Below, piece after piece: positions 1 to 9,847 of a DNA stretch of 64,000 nt; position 1 is the stretch's first letter, and the number at the start of each line of letters is the position of its first letter. Under the pieces are notes generated by a model. It was given only the letters and a program-made list of their open reading frames with translations, did not search any database and was not told the DNA's origin. The position numbers and the translations under genes are program-made. Source of the DNA: an uncultured delta proteobacterium (GTDB lineage: Bacteria > Desulfobacterota > Binatia > Binatales > Binataceae); NCBI GenBank assembly GCA_963808235.1, contig CAWEEQ010000004.1, forward strand, positions 2,496,001 to 2,560,000, given 5' to 3'.

Positions 1-142
1 TAAGAGCCGCCGCCAACTAAAATTTGTTAAAGAATTGGTTCTCTCGGCGCTGACCACTTAACCCCGGCCTGAGTTCGCGCTGATAGCAAACCTCCAACTG
101 TACCACTATGACGTTCTTTAAAGTCTTTAAACAGTTAAATAG

Positions 143-1810
143 TTAAACACTAATCGCGTTGAGTTTCCGAATCGATATCCGGTAATCGTACCAAGCTCTG
201 GTTACCACAATACAGGAAAACAGGCCGGTCAGCACTCCGACGCATAGAGTGACGGCGAAGCCCTTCACCGGGCCGGTTCCGAACTGGAACAGAATCAGGC
301 CCGCGACGAAGGTCGAGATATTCGAATCGCGAATCGCCGACCATGCGCGATCGTAGCCGAGCTTGACTGCCTCGCGCGGAGATTTTCCGGCGCGCAGCTC
401 CTCGCGCATTCGTTCGTTGACCAGCACGTTCGCATCGACGGACATTCCCAGCGTCAGCACGATCCCCGCGATCCCGGGCAGCGTCAGCGTAGCCTGCAGC
501 GCTGCCATCACGCAGATGAGCAGCAGGATGTTCAGCGAGAGGCCGAAGTCGGCCAGCAGTCCGGCGCCGCTATAGTAGATGGCCATGAAGATCAGCACCG
601 CGCCCGCGCCAATCACGAAGGACATTTCGCCCTGGCGAATCGAATCGCGGCCGAGCGACGGTCCGACGGTGCGCTCCTCTTCGATCGTCACCGGCGCCGG
701 CAATGCGCCCGAGCGCAGCACGATTGCGAGGTCGTGCGCTTCTTCCATCGAGAAGCGTCCGGTGATCTGCACGTGCCCGCCGGGAATTCGCTCTTTAATG
801 ACCGGCGCGGAATAGACCGTGTTGTCGAGCACGATCGCGAGCCGCCGGCCGACGTTCTCCAACGTCATCGCGTCGAAGATCCCGGCGCCGCGGGCGTCGA
901 GTTCCACCGACACGTAAGGACCTTCGAGCCGTCCGCCGGGACGCACGCGCGCGTCGGTCACGGTGTCGCCGGTCATCAGCACCGGCGACTCTACGAGGTA
1001 AGGCTCCTTGCCGCCGCGCTCCGCCGTGCCGTACAACACTTCATCGCCCGGCGGCGCACCGTCTTTGATCGCATCCTGAACGGGATGCGAATCATCGACC
1101 AGCTTGAATTCGAGCACCGCGGTCTTGCCGATCAGCTCCTTGGCGCGCTCGGGATCCTGGATTCCCGGCAACTGTACCAGGATTTCGTTGTCGCCCTCTT
1201 TCGCGACCGTCGTTTCGCGCACGCCCAGTTGATCGATTCGATTGCGAATCGTTTCCAGCGCCTGGTCCATCGCGAAGGTCCGGATCTGCTGCAGCTCCTG
1301 CGGCTTATATGCCAGCGAATATGCGGCCCCGGCGGCGCTCGAATCCTCGCCGCTCGACACGGTCAGATCCGGAAACGATTTCTGCGCGAGATCGAGAAAT
1401 GCGGACCGATCGGATGCCGACTTCAGCTTGACGATCAAATTCCCCGACTTGTCGACAGACACGTCGTCGAAATCGATCTTGTTGGACTTGAGTTCATGCT
1501 TTAAGTCATCGGCGCGCCGGCGCAGTTGCGTCTTCACCGCCTCGTCGAGCTCGACGGCCATCAGCAGATGCGTTCCGCCCTGCAGGTCGAGGCCGAGCTG
1601 AATTTTGGTCGCGCCGAATCCGGCCTTGAACCAGTCGGGCAAATCGACATTGAGGCTCGGCAGCAGGATTAGAATCGCCGCCAGCACGATTCCGCCGGCC
1701 AGGTATATTCGCGTGAGCCCGCTTCCGTTGGTGAAGTGCATGTAGAGAAAGGAGACGATTAGCACCAACAGGATAAGGATCGGACCGAAACTTTGAGTCT
1801 GATTTTCCAC
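143..1810 (-). CDS. secD: Protein translocase subunit SecD
   Basis: LGLDLQGG motif, RIDQLGV..EILVQLPG, LRSGALPAP, GMSVDANVL, GPVKGFA; follows yajC. Confidence 0.97.
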   Translation of the reverse strand: MENQTQSFGPILILLVLIVSFLYMHFTNGSGLTRIYLAGGIVLAAILILLPSLNVDLPDWFKAGFGATKIQLGLDLQGGTHLLMAVELDEAVKTQLRRRADDLKHELKSNKIDFDDVSVDKSGNLIVKLKSASDRSAFLDLAQKSFPDLTVSSGEDSSAAGAAYSLAYKPQELQQIRTFAMDQALETIRNRIDQLGVRETTVAKEGDNEILVQLPGIQDPERAKELIGKTAVLEFKLVDDSHPVQDAIKDGAPPGDEVLYGTAERGGKEPYLVESPVLMTGDTVTDARVRPGGRLEGPYVSVELDARGAGIFDAMTLENVGRRLAIVLDNTVYSAPVIKERIPGGHVQITGRFSMEEAHDLAIVLRSGALPAPVTIEEERTVGPSLGRDSIRQGEMSFVIGAGAVLIFMAIYYSGAGLLADFGLSLNILLLICVMAALQATLTLPGIAGIVLTLGMSVDANVLVNERMREELRAGKSPREAVKLGYDRAWSAIRDSNISTFVAGLILFQFGTGPVKGFAVTLCVGVLTGLFSCIVVTRAWYDYRISIRKLNAISV

Positions 1811-1822
1811 TATTGATAGTTC

Positions 1823-2191
1823 CTACTTGTCGTCTTTCTTCGACGAGGCCGTCTTTCCGTAGCTCGATATCGACGCGATTTGCGGCCGCTCGACCCGCAG
1901 CCGCACGTTGGGCGCGACCTCCATCGTGATCACCTTGTCACCAACGTCGGTTATTCGCCCGATTATGCCGCCGGTCGTCACAACCTCGTCGTTGCGCTTC
2001 AATGCGCCCAGCATCTTGGCCGTCTCCTGCGCCTTCCGGTTCTGCGGGCGGAAGACCAGGAAGTACATGACCCCGACCACCAGCGCCATGATCGGCCCCG
2101 GCCCGGTCATCAACTGCTCGACGAAGCTCGGCCCTCCGCCGGCCGGCGCGGCCGCCGCCGCCTGCGCCCACGCGGTTCCTTCAAAAAGCAT
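1823..2191 (-). CDS. yajC: Preprotein translocase subunit YajC
   Basis: MYFLVFRPQ..LKRNDEVVTTGGIIG; canonical tgt-yajC-secD order. Confidence 0.95.
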   Translation of the reverse strand: MLFEGTAWAQAAAAAPAGGGPSFVEQLMTGPGPIMALVVGVMYFLVFRPQNRKAQETAKMLGALKRNDEVVTTGGIIGRITDVGDKVITMEVAPNVRLRVERPQIASISSYGKTASSKKDDK

Positions 2192-2197
2192 CAGTAA

Positions 2198-3346
2198 TTA
2201 TTCCTCGATAGCATCGGTCTTCGATTCGTCGGCGGGTGAGTCGTTCCACCCGGCGGACACTTCGGATGCGTACGCTTTGAAATTTCGCGATTCGATCGCA
2301 GCTTGCGCACCGCGCATCAGGTTCGCGTAGAAGTGCAGATTATGCTCCGTCAGCGCGCGCGCCGCGAGTATCTCGCCGGATAAATATAGATGACGCAGGT
2401 ACGCGCGTGAATGGCTCCGGCACGGGCGGCATCGGCAGTTCGGGTCGAGCGGCGCGGAGTCGCGCGCATGCACCGCATTTTTGATCGAGATTCGCCCCTC
2501 GCTCGTAAACGCGCATCCGTTGCGCGCGTTGCGGGTCGGCAGCACGCAATCGAACATATCGAAGCCCATCGCGATTGCAGCCAGCAGGTCCGACGGCGTG
2601 CCGACGCCCATCAGGTAGCGCGGTTTGTCGCGCGGGAGCATCGAGGCGGACAGCGCCGCCATCTCGAGCATCGCAGCCTTCGGCTCGCCGACCGAAAGAC
2701 CGCCGGCCGCGTAACCGTCGAATGGAATCGAGGTTATCTGCGCCGCGCTCAGGCGGCGCAAATCCGCGAACACACTCCCCTGCACGATTCCAAAAATCGC
2801 CTGCGTCGAGCTCTTGCGCGCCGCGATACTACGCTCGGCCCATCGCGTTGTAAGTTCGAGCGATTTCTGCGCCTGCCGATGCTCCGCCGGATACGGCGTG
2901 CATTCGTCGAGCGCCATCATGATATCGGCGCCGAGCTGTTCCTGAATTTCGACCGCGCTCTCGGGCGTCAGCATCAGCGGCGCGCCGTCGAGATGCGACT
3001 GGAAACGGATTCCTTTTTCGTCGATCGAATTGATCTTCGCGAGGCTCATCGCCTGAAAGCCGCCCGAGTCGGTCAGCACCGCGCCGCCGAATCCCATGAA
3101 GCGCGCCACGCCGCCCATCTCGCGCACCAGCTCCGCGCCGGGCCGAAGCGCCAGATGGTACGCGTTGGCGAGCACCAGCCGATATCCCATCGACCACAAC
3201 TCATCGGGCGCCATCGCCTTCACCGCGGCGCGGGTTCCGACCGGCATGAAGGCCGGGGTCGCGATCTCGCCATGCCCCGTCAGCAGGCGTCCGGTGCGCG
3301 CGCCGCCGTCGCTCGCGGTGACGGTGAATTCGATTGGCGTATTCAT
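2198..3346 (-). CDS. tgt: tRNA-guanine transglycosylase
   Basis: TPAFMPVGT, TDSGGFQ, DMFDCVLPTRNARNG, CxCxxC Zn site; start set at ATG 3346 (ORF track extends to 3361). Confidence 0.97.
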   Translation of the reverse strand: MNTPIEFTVTASDGGARTGRLLTGHGEIATPAFMPVGTRAAVKAMAPDELWSMGYRLVLANAYHLALRPGAELVREMGGVARFMGFGGAVLTDSGGFQAMSLAKINSIDEKGIRFQSHLDGAPLMLTPESAVEIQEQLGADIMMALDECTPYPAEHRQAQKSLELTTRWAERSIAARKSSTQAIFGIVQGSVFADLRRLSAAQITSIPFDGYAAGGLSVGEPKAAMLEMAALSASMLPRDKPRYLMGVGTPSDLLAAIAMGFDMFDCVLPTRNARNGCAFTSEGRISIKNAVHARDSAPLDPNCRCRPCRSHSRAYLRHLYLSGEILAARALTEHNLHFYANLMRGAQAAIESRNFKAYASEVSAGWNDSPADESKTDAIEE

Positions 3347-3353
3347 CGCGAGA

Positions 3354-4406
3354 TCACACAATCAGCATCGCGTCGCCGTAGCTGAGGAAGCGGTAGCGAT
3401 GGCGAATCGCGTCGCGATACGCCGCGAGCAGTTGCTCGCGCCCCGCAAACGCCATCGCGAGCGCCAGCACGGTGGTTCGCGGCATGTGAAAATTCGTGAG
3501 CATCGCGTCTGCCAGCTTGAAGCGAAATCCCGGATGAATAAAGAGCCCAGTAAAGCCCTCCGCGTCGCCGGTTATCGCATACGACTCGAGCGCGCGCGTA
3601 GAACTGGTGCCCACCGTGATTACCCGGCCGCCAATTCGCCGCGTATGCTCGATCGCTTCGCGCGTCGATTCCGGAATCGTGTACCATTCGGATTCCATCG
3701 AATGGCTCTCGACCTCGACCGCGCGCACCGGCGCGAACGTCCCCGGGCCAATATGCAACGTCACGGTCGCGGTGCGGACTCCCGCGTTGGCCATCTCTTT
3801 GAAAACGTCATCGGTAAAATGAAGCCCCGCGGTGGGCGCCGCGATCGCACCAGGCTGCGACGCATAGACCGTCTGGTAGTCGTCGATATCGGCCGGCGCG
3901 ACGCTGCGATGTATATAATGAGGCAGCGCCAGCGTGCCGTCGCGTTCGAGGATTTGCTCGATCGAGGTGTCGTCATCGCTCACGACGATCGGCCGGCCCG
4001 GGCGCGCGTATCCCACGACTCGCAGCGCATGCCCATCGCTTAAGACGAGGCGCGAATTCTCCTTCAGCACGCGATGCGTCCGCACGAGTGCCACCCACGC
4101 GCCGGCGGGAACTTCGATGCGCCCGAGGTGCCCTTCGACAGGCCCGTCGGCTGGCCGCACCAGCAGCAACTCGACGCGCCCGCCCGACTCCTTCTGCGCG
4201 AACAGCCGCGCGGGCAGCACGCGAGTATCGTTGATCACGACCAGGTCGCCCGCTCGCAGATGCCGCACGAGCTTGTAAAATCGCGAGTGATCGATCGTTT
4301 TGGCTTTGCGATCCAGCACCAGCAAGCGAGCTTCATCGCGCCGCGCAATCGGCTCCTGCGCGATCAGCTCTTCAGGCAGTTCGTAGTCGAGTTCAGAAAG
4401 TCGCAT
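3354..4406 (-). CDS. queA: S-adenosylmethionine:tRNA ribosyltransferase-isomerase
   Basis: DYELPEELIAQ, AAPTAGLHF, TNFHMPR, YRFLSYGDAM. Confidence 0.97.
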   Translation of the reverse strand: MRLSELDYELPEELIAQEPIARRDEARLLVLDRKAKTIDHSRFYKLVRHLRAGDLVVINDTRVLPARLFAQKESGGRVELLLVRPADGPVEGHLGRIEVPAGAWVALVRTHRVLKENSRLVLSDGHALRVVGYARPGRPIVVSDDDTSIEQILERDGTLALPHYIHRSVAPADIDDYQTVYASQPGAIAAPTAGLHFTDDVFKEMANAGVRTATVTLHIGPGTFAPVRAVEVESHSMESEWYTIPESTREAIEHTRRIGGRVITVGTSSTRALESYAITGDAEGFTGLFIHPGFRFKLADAMLTNFHMPRTTVLALAMAFAGREQLLAAYRDAIRHRYRFLSYGDAMLIV

Positions 4407-4439
4407 CTAGGCGCGCGCCTTATGAGAAGCTCGGCGGCC

Positions 4440-5093
4440 TCAACTTCGATCGGTGACATCGGTCCAGGCAACGCGCACTTTTGCCGCGGCGGTTAGAGAA
4501 TCGCGCACCTCGGCCTCGCCGATCGGCGCGTAACCCGCTGCGCGAAGGATCTCGGCTGCCGATTCAGCTTCGAGCGCGCGCTTCCCGAGCAGAAAAGGGC
4601 CGGGTGCGTAGCAACTCAAAATCAGCCGCCCGCCGTGCTTGAGGTAGAGACGAGCGAGACGCGCGACCAGCGCCGATCGCTTCTCCATCGGAACCGAGTC
4701 TGCCAGCGCGGTGACATAGTCGAAACGGATCGGCGGCTCGAACTCCATCACGTTCCCGGTCCAGATTCGGGCTGCCCAATGCGGGAGCCGTATACGCGCC
4801 CGCTCCGCAATCCGCCCCGAGAGGTCGAGCCCATATGGTTCGACACGATGGCCCTTCTCCGCGAGCCACGCGGTCAAAGTTTCCATCAGGAAGCCATTCG
4901 CGCAGCCGATGTCGAGCCAGGTGCCGGAGCGATCGAAAGCGCTGGCGATCACGCGCCGCTTGGCTTCCCACCTCGCCATGTCTCCGGACGATCCCGAGCC
5001 GCCGAAGACGTCGCCGCGCTCATCCGCCGAGACGTAGGAGTCTTCGAGCAATGCCCGAACGCGCTCGTAATATTCGTCAGACTGAGGGGTCAT
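4440..5093 (-). CDS. Class I SAM-dependent methyltransferase
   Basis: WLDIGCANG motif I, YGLDLS. Confidence 0.8.
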   Translation of the reverse strand: MTPQSDEYYERVRALLEDSYVSADERGDVFGGSGSSGDMARWEAKRRVIASAFDRSGTWLDIGCANGFLMETLTAWLAEKGHRVEPYGLDLSGRIAERARIRLPHWAARIWTGNVMEFEPPIRFDYVTALADSVPMEKRSALVARLARLYLKHGGRLILSCYAPGPFLLGKRALEAESAAEILRAAGYAPIGEAEVRDSLTAAAKVRVAWTDVTDRS

Positions 5094-5132
5094 CTATCAT
5101 AACAGTAGCAGCACGGGCGCAACTGCGGCGAC

Positions 5133-5183
5133 ATCGGAGCCGCTCCGGGTAGTGGGTGCAAGGGTCACCCCTGCTCACCCCTG
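5133..5183. repeat. Degenerate copy of repeat A (TGGGTGCAAGGGTCACCCCTGC core, 5153-5174)
   Basis: Core matches the copies at 9.8/13.9/15.2 kb with one mismatch; preceded by ATCGGAGCCGCT, resembling the reverse complement of the repeat 3' end. Confidence 0.7.
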
Positions 5184-6533
5184 CTAGAATGGGTAATTGA
5201 TGCCCGAGAAGACTGCGGCGCCCTGCCCGCCCCATCCGATATCCACGAAGCCGACCACGAACGGTTCCGCGATTCCGCGAAATCCGATCCCGCCCACCGG
5301 ATGCAGATCGGAGAACGGGTTGTAGCCCATTTCGTGCGCGACGCGCCCAGCTTCCGCAAAAGGGGCGAGCTCGAGGATTCCGTGGGTGCCGAAGATTTTC
5401 TTCTCCCAGACCCGGGTGCGCATCTCAACGTTCATGACGAACAGATTGTTGTCGATGTACCGGCCGGCACCGTAACCGCGCAGCGTTTCCTGATCGGTCA
5501 GCAAGCTCTCGTCGCCGCCCAACCGGGCCTGCGCCCAGAATGGCATCTCGTTCCCGGCCGGTTCGTACTCATTGAAAATATGGCCGGCAAAGGTGATCCG
5601 CTTGTCGACCGTGTAGAACTCGCGAAACTCGCCGCCGAAGCGAGTGTACGACGAGGTACTGCCGAAAGCGCGATCCGCAATACCGAAGTAGAGCCGCGCG
5701 AGCTGCCCCGACCGCGGGATGTCCACCGAGTCGCGCGAGTCGTATTGGATCATCGCCTGCGAAACAACTTCGCTGCCCCCGTTGATTCCCTTCTGATGCG
5801 GGAACAGCTTGTGAATGTCCGGCACCGACGTGAACCCGCCTTCCTGGATGCGCACATAGCGGGGACGTTCCATCAGCGAAGCCTGGATCTTATCGCTGAT
5901 GTTCCAGCCGAAAATCGCTTCACCGTAAACCTGCTGGGTCGTGTAGTTGGTCTGATTGCCCTGGTGAGAATTGTTGCCCACGCCGTAGAAGCGCTCGGTC
6001 GGGTCACGCTCGAAATAGAAGCGGCCCTCGAACGACCACCAATGCTTGTGCTCGCGGCCGGTCTGGTAATCGAGATCCACCTTGCGCGCGATAGTCTCCT
6101 GCCCGCCCGCGACCGTGTACCACTGCGTGTCCGCAGACGGATAAGCCAGGTAGCGAAAATTCCCGCCCGGTCCAAGGGTGCTGTTGGAGTTGATATCGGG
6201 CGCCAGGATGCTGGTGATCTCGTCGTGGCTGTCGGTGAACAACCAGACCGGCAGCACCCCATAAGTGACGCCGCCGTTCGGATCGGTCGCCACTTCCGGG
6301 ACCGGGATGAACGGCCACGTGTTCGGATTCAGCGCGTCGAACCCGTCAAACGCATGCGACCACGTGCTCGGCTCAATCAGGCTGAACCCGCGCTGTGCGG
6401 TCCCGGACTGTGCCGTCCCGGATGGCGCGGTCGAGGACTGCGCAATACCGGTCGGTGCAGTCTCGGCCTGTGCAGTCGCTGCGAAAACCACGAACGCGGT
6501 GACTAGTATGATTGATGCGAGAGTGCGCCGCAT
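5184..6533 (-). CDS. Omp85/BamA-TamA-like outer-membrane beta-barrel protein (no POTRA domains evident)
   Basis: Signal peptide; YDSRD, LRGYGAGRY, GGIGFR; C-terminal YPF. Confidence 0.8.
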   Translation of the reverse strand: MRRTLASIILVTAFVVFAATAQAETAPTGIAQSSTAPSGTAQSGTAQRGFSLIEPSTWSHAFDGFDALNPNTWPFIPVPEVATDPNGGVTYGVLPVWLFTDSHDEITSILAPDINSNSTLGPGGNFRYLAYPSADTQWYTVAGGQETIARKVDLDYQTGREHKHWWSFEGRFYFERDPTERFYGVGNNSHQGNQTNYTTQQVYGEAIFGWNISDKIQASLMERPRYVRIQEGGFTSVPDIHKLFPHQKGINGGSEVVSQAMIQYDSRDSVDIPRSGQLARLYFGIADRAFGSTSSYTRFGGEFREFYTVDKRITFAGHIFNEYEPAGNEMPFWAQARLGGDESLLTDQETLRGYGAGRYIDNNLFVMNVEMRTRVWEKKIFGTHGILELAPFAEAGRVAHEMGYNPFSDLHPVGGIGFRGIAEPFVVGFVDIGWGGQGAAVFSGINYPF

Positions 6534-6823
6534 TCTTTATCCTGGATATTTCCTTCCCGCTGTCTGAGTTCAGCTTCCCGCCACCCGTCTACCCCCATCA
6601 CCCATCCACCCGGAGCGCGTCGAGCCGATCTGGAACGAAGACGGATAAAAATTGACAGGCTTGCCCCGCGGGATCAACCCTTGAGTTCGTTTTTGAATTG
6701 CTGTCGATGCCTGGCGAGGCACGACGCTTTTGCGCGTCGCTCGCACGCGCGCTTTTCGGCGACGCGGTAAATGTGCAAGGATTCGGAGCAAGCGGAAAAT
6801 TTCCACAATAAGGAGCTTGAGTA

Positions 6824-8515
6824 ATGGCGAAAGCTGATGGCGGCGAATTAATCGCGCGCGTGATGCGCGAGAACCGCGTTAAATATTGTTTCGCGATCAA
6901 CGGCGGGCATCTGTTTCCCATCCTCGGCCAACTGCGCAACCACGACATCAAGCTCATCCATATGCGCCACGAGCAGGCCACCGCCTACGCCGCCGATGCC
7001 TATGCGCGCAGCTCGGGCGAAGTCGGCGTATGCATGGTGACTGCGGGATGCGGCCTGACCAACGCCGTGACCGGACTATGCGTCGCCGGACTCACCAGCA
7101 GCGCCGTGGTCTGCATCTCCGGACAGCATCCCAACACCGAAGATCATCTCGGCTCCTTCCAGGAGGCCTACGGTTCCGAGGTTGTTGCGAGCTTTTCGAA
7201 ATTCACGAAAAGGGTGACCGATTGGTCCTCGATCCAGTTCGATCTCCGCTCCGCGTTTCGCGAGGCGATTTCGCCGCCGCAGGGCGTCGCGCTGTTCGAG
7301 ATTCCGCAAAACATTCTCTATCACCACGACGAAGACGCTCGTCAGCGCAAGGGCGCGCGCGAATTCACCGTCGACGACGTCCGCTCGGCCGGAGATCCCG
7401 CCAAGATCGATCGGGCGCTCGAAATGCTGGTCGCTGCCGAGCGTCCGCTGATTGCCGGCGGTGACGGACTCTTCTGGTCGCAGGCCGGCGCCGAGCTGCG
7501 CGAATTCGTCGATCTCACCAACATCCCGGTCTACGCACGCCGCGCTGGCCAGGGCGCGGTCTCGGAGGAACATCCGCTCGCGATTCGCGGCGCCTTCAAG
7601 AAGCCCTTCACCGGGGAAGCCGACGTCGTCCTCGCAATCGGCTTCCGGTTCTGGAGCGGCGAGCATTTCGGGCAACCGCCGACCTGGACCGACAAGGCCA
7701 AGTACATCCAGGTCGATCCGACCGCGACGCGAATCGGATGGCAGGTCAACGCCGATCTGCCGATGGTCGGCGATCCGAAAATCGTTCTCCGTCAGATGAT
7801 CACCCGGATCAAGGAACTCAAGCTCGACTTCTCGAAAAACAAAACTTCGCCATGGGTGAAGCAGGTCTGGGAGACGCGCCAGCGCTTCGACAATCAGATC
7901 AAGGAACAGAACGCCAAGGTCGCAAAAAATGCGCCGATTCATCCCGCTCGCCTGTGCGAGGATCTGATCAAAGTGCTCGACAAGAACGCGACCACCATCA
8001 TCGACAGCTTCACTCTCTCCGGATGGATGAGCCGCGCGTTCACCTGCCGCTTCATGGGCCAGGTCGTTGACGCGGGCCCGCTCGCGCCGGTCGGTCATGG
8101 AGTCGGGATGGGCATCGGCGCGCAGCTCGCGCGTCCCGGGCAGCAGGTCGTCGTGATCAGCGGCGACGGCGGCCTCGGAATCGGCGGCTGGGATATGGAA
8201 ACCGCCGCGCGCTACAAGCTGCCCGTGATCACGTTGCTCTGGAACAACAGCTCATGGGGTCCGAATTTCGATCAGATGCCCGGACTCAAGGGCCGCACCG
8301 ATCCATTCAACATGCTGCCCAACATTCGCTACGACAAAATCTTCGCCGAGATGGGATGTCATGGGGAGCACGTCGAGACCGCCGAGCAAATCATTCCAGC
8401 GCTCGAGCGCGCCTTCAAATCCGGCAAGCCCGCGATGATCAACGTGATCGGCGACGTCAGCGTCGGCAACGCCACGCTAGGTGGCAACCTCCTCGGCTCA
8501 ACAGGCTCAAACTAG
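6824..8515 (+). CDS. Thiamine-pyrophosphate-binding enzyme (acetolactate synthase/2-hydroxyacyl-CoA lyase-like)
   Basis: MRHEQATAYAADAYAR, GDGG..NN TPP motif; RBS AAGGAG. Confidence 0.9.
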   Translation: MAKADGGELIARVMRENRVKYCFAINGGHLFPILGQLRNHDIKLIHMRHEQATAYAADAYARSSGEVGVCMVTAGCGLTNAVTGLCVAGLTSSAVVCISGQHPNTEDHLGSFQEAYGSEVVASFSKFTKRVTDWSSIQFDLRSAFREAISPPQGVALFEIPQNILYHHDEDARQRKGAREFTVDDVRSAGDPAKIDRALEMLVAAERPLIAGGDGLFWSQAGAELREFVDLTNIPVYARRAGQGAVSEEHPLAIRGAFKKPFTGEADVVLAIGFRFWSGEHFGQPPTWTDKAKYIQVDPTATRIGWQVNADLPMVGDPKIVLRQMITRIKELKLDFSKNKTSPWVKQVWETRQRFDNQIKEQNAKVAKNAPIHPARLCEDLIKVLDKNATTIIDSFTLSGWMSRAFTCRFMGQVVDAGPLAPVGHGVGMGIGAQLARPGQQVVVISGDGGLGIGGWDMETAARYKLPVITLLWNNSSWGPNFDQMPGLKGRTDPFNMLPNIRYDKIFAEMGCHGEHVETAEQIIPALERAFKSGKPAMINVIGDVSVGNATLGGNLLGSTGSN

Positions 8516-8551
8516 CAAACTAACGAGGGCATTCAACGAATGAGTAGCGAG

Positions 8552-8586
8552 GCGGGATGCGCACGACGCGCATCCCGCTTTCATTT
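8552..8586 (+). terminator. Intrinsic terminator after the TPP enzyme
   Basis: 11-bp stem GCGGGATGCGC/GCGCATCCCGC followed by TTTCATTT. Confidence 0.7.
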
Positions 8587-8600
8587 CACTCTTATATTTG

Positions 8601-8683
8601 TGTCATCCCGAGCGAAGCCGAGGGACCCCGGATCTTTCTCGACGCAAAACAGTTCGGCTTCACTTAGGGCACGCGCAGCCGAG
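8601..8683. repeat. Repeat C (TGTCATCCCGAGCGAAGCCGAGGGACCCCGGATCTTTCTC...GCAGCCGAG)
   Basis: Aligns over about 80 bp with 12099-12180; a 16-nt block recurs inverted at 15149-15164. Confidence 0.8.
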
Positions 8684-8701
8684 GTTTGAATTTGTTCAAT
8701 T

Positions 8702-8741
8702 GGTTCCCCTTCCCTCGAGGGAACGGGTTAGGGGTTAGGTT
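8702..8741. repeat. Solo copy of the DUF559-flanking repeat B (GGTTCCCCTTCCCTCGAGGGAACGGGTTAGGGGTTAGGTT)
   Basis: Matches 23189-23228 except for the hairpin loop and one stem base. Confidence 0.9.
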
Positions 8742-9195
8742 GAAAGCGCGAATCGCAACATTGATCGTCTTCACGATCTTTTTCGCCGCGTGTAAGGCCG
8801 CACCCACCTGCCCGCCCGGAACAAAGCCGATGGGCGAGCCGCCGCCCAATGGCTCTGAGACCTGGTGCGCGAAGACCGTCGATGGCAATGAAGTCAAGGA
8901 AGGACCATTCGTACTCTATCGCGACGATGGCTCCAAGATGGTCCAGGGCGAATATCACGACGGCAAACAAAGCGGCGAATGGACGCTGTGGTACGACAAC
9001 GGACAGAAGCAGTCGATCGATCACTACAAAGACGGCATCCAGGACGGCGAGCATATCGGCTGGTACACCAACGGCAAAATCGCGGCGACGGGAATCTACA
9101 AGGCCGGCAAGCGTCAGGGCGTGTGGAAGCGATGGGATCCCAACGGCTTCAGGAACTGGGAGGAAACCTACAAGGACGACAAGAAGATCTCGTGA
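8740..9195 (+). CDS. MORN-variant repeat lipoprotein (YwqK-like)
   Basis: Repeated G.Y..GK..G.W..WY.NG units; lipobox FAAC; TTG start at 8740 chosen because the upstream ORF part lies in repeat B. Confidence 0.8.
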   Translation: MKARIATLIVFTIFFAACKAAPTCPPGTKPMGEPPPNGSETWCAKTVDGNEVKEGPFVLYRDDGSKMVQGEYHDGKQSGEWTLWYDNGQKQSIDHYKDGIQDGEHIGWYTNGKIAATGIYKAGKRQGVWKRWDPNGFRNWEETYKDDKKIS

Positions 9196-9683
9196 TGCCT
9201 GACGCCATACGAATCATCGATGCGGACCTGTCGCGCGTCGATCATCAACAGGCGATAGTCGCGATGCTCGACGCGTACATGCGCGATCCGATGGAAGGCG
9301 GCGTCCCGATGCCCGAGTCTGCCAAGCGCGAACTGATCCCCGGCCTCCGCGCGCATCCCGCATGCTACGTCTTTGTCGCTTATAGCGGCGATGCGCCCGT
9401 AGGCTTCTCGATCTGCTTCCTCGGCTTCTCGACCTTCAACGCGCGCCCGCTCATCAACATCCACGACATCTTCGTGGACGCGTCCGTGCGCGGAAAAGGA
9501 ATCGGCCGGATGCTCCTGGATCGAATCGAAGCCAAAGCCCGCGAGCTCGATTGCTGCCGCCTCACCCTCGAAGTCCGCGAGGACAACATCGTCGCCCGCG
9601 GCCTCTACCGCAAAGTCGGCTTCGACCTGGTCAAGGTAGGCCCGAAAAACATCCCAATGGAATTCTGGCGCAAACCCCTCTAA
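9195..9683 (+). CDS. GNAT family N-acetyltransferase
   Basis: INIHDIFV..RGKGIG, LTLEVREDN..ARGLYRKVGF; ATG overlaps upstream stop (TGATG). Confidence 0.9.
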   Translation: MPDAIRIIDADLSRVDHQQAIVAMLDAYMRDPMEGGVPMPESAKRELIPGLRAHPACYVFVAYSGDAPVGFSICFLGFSTFNARPLINIHDIFVDASVRGKGIGRMLLDRIEAKARELDCCRLTLEVREDNIVARGLYRKVGFDLVKVGPKNIPMEFWRKPL

Positions 9684-9724
9684 GCAGGCGCGTTTGCGGA
9701 ACGAAAGTCTTCGGAGCGCACTTT

Positions 9725-9837
9725 TCTTTCAGCCGGCCGAGAGCAAAATGGCCTTCGCGCTCTGTGGGCTGCTTGCGATTGAATGGACACTGGGTGCAGG
9801 GGTCACCCCTGCCGCCCCGCGCGCAGCGGTCCGAATC
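9725..9837 (+). repeat. Repeat A copy (about 113 bp; palindromic core GCAGGGGTCACCCCTGC)
   Basis: Near-identical to 13921-14025 and 15187-15299; between convergent GNAT and deaminase genes. Confidence 0.92.
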
Positions 9838-9847
9838 CGATCTCCTG

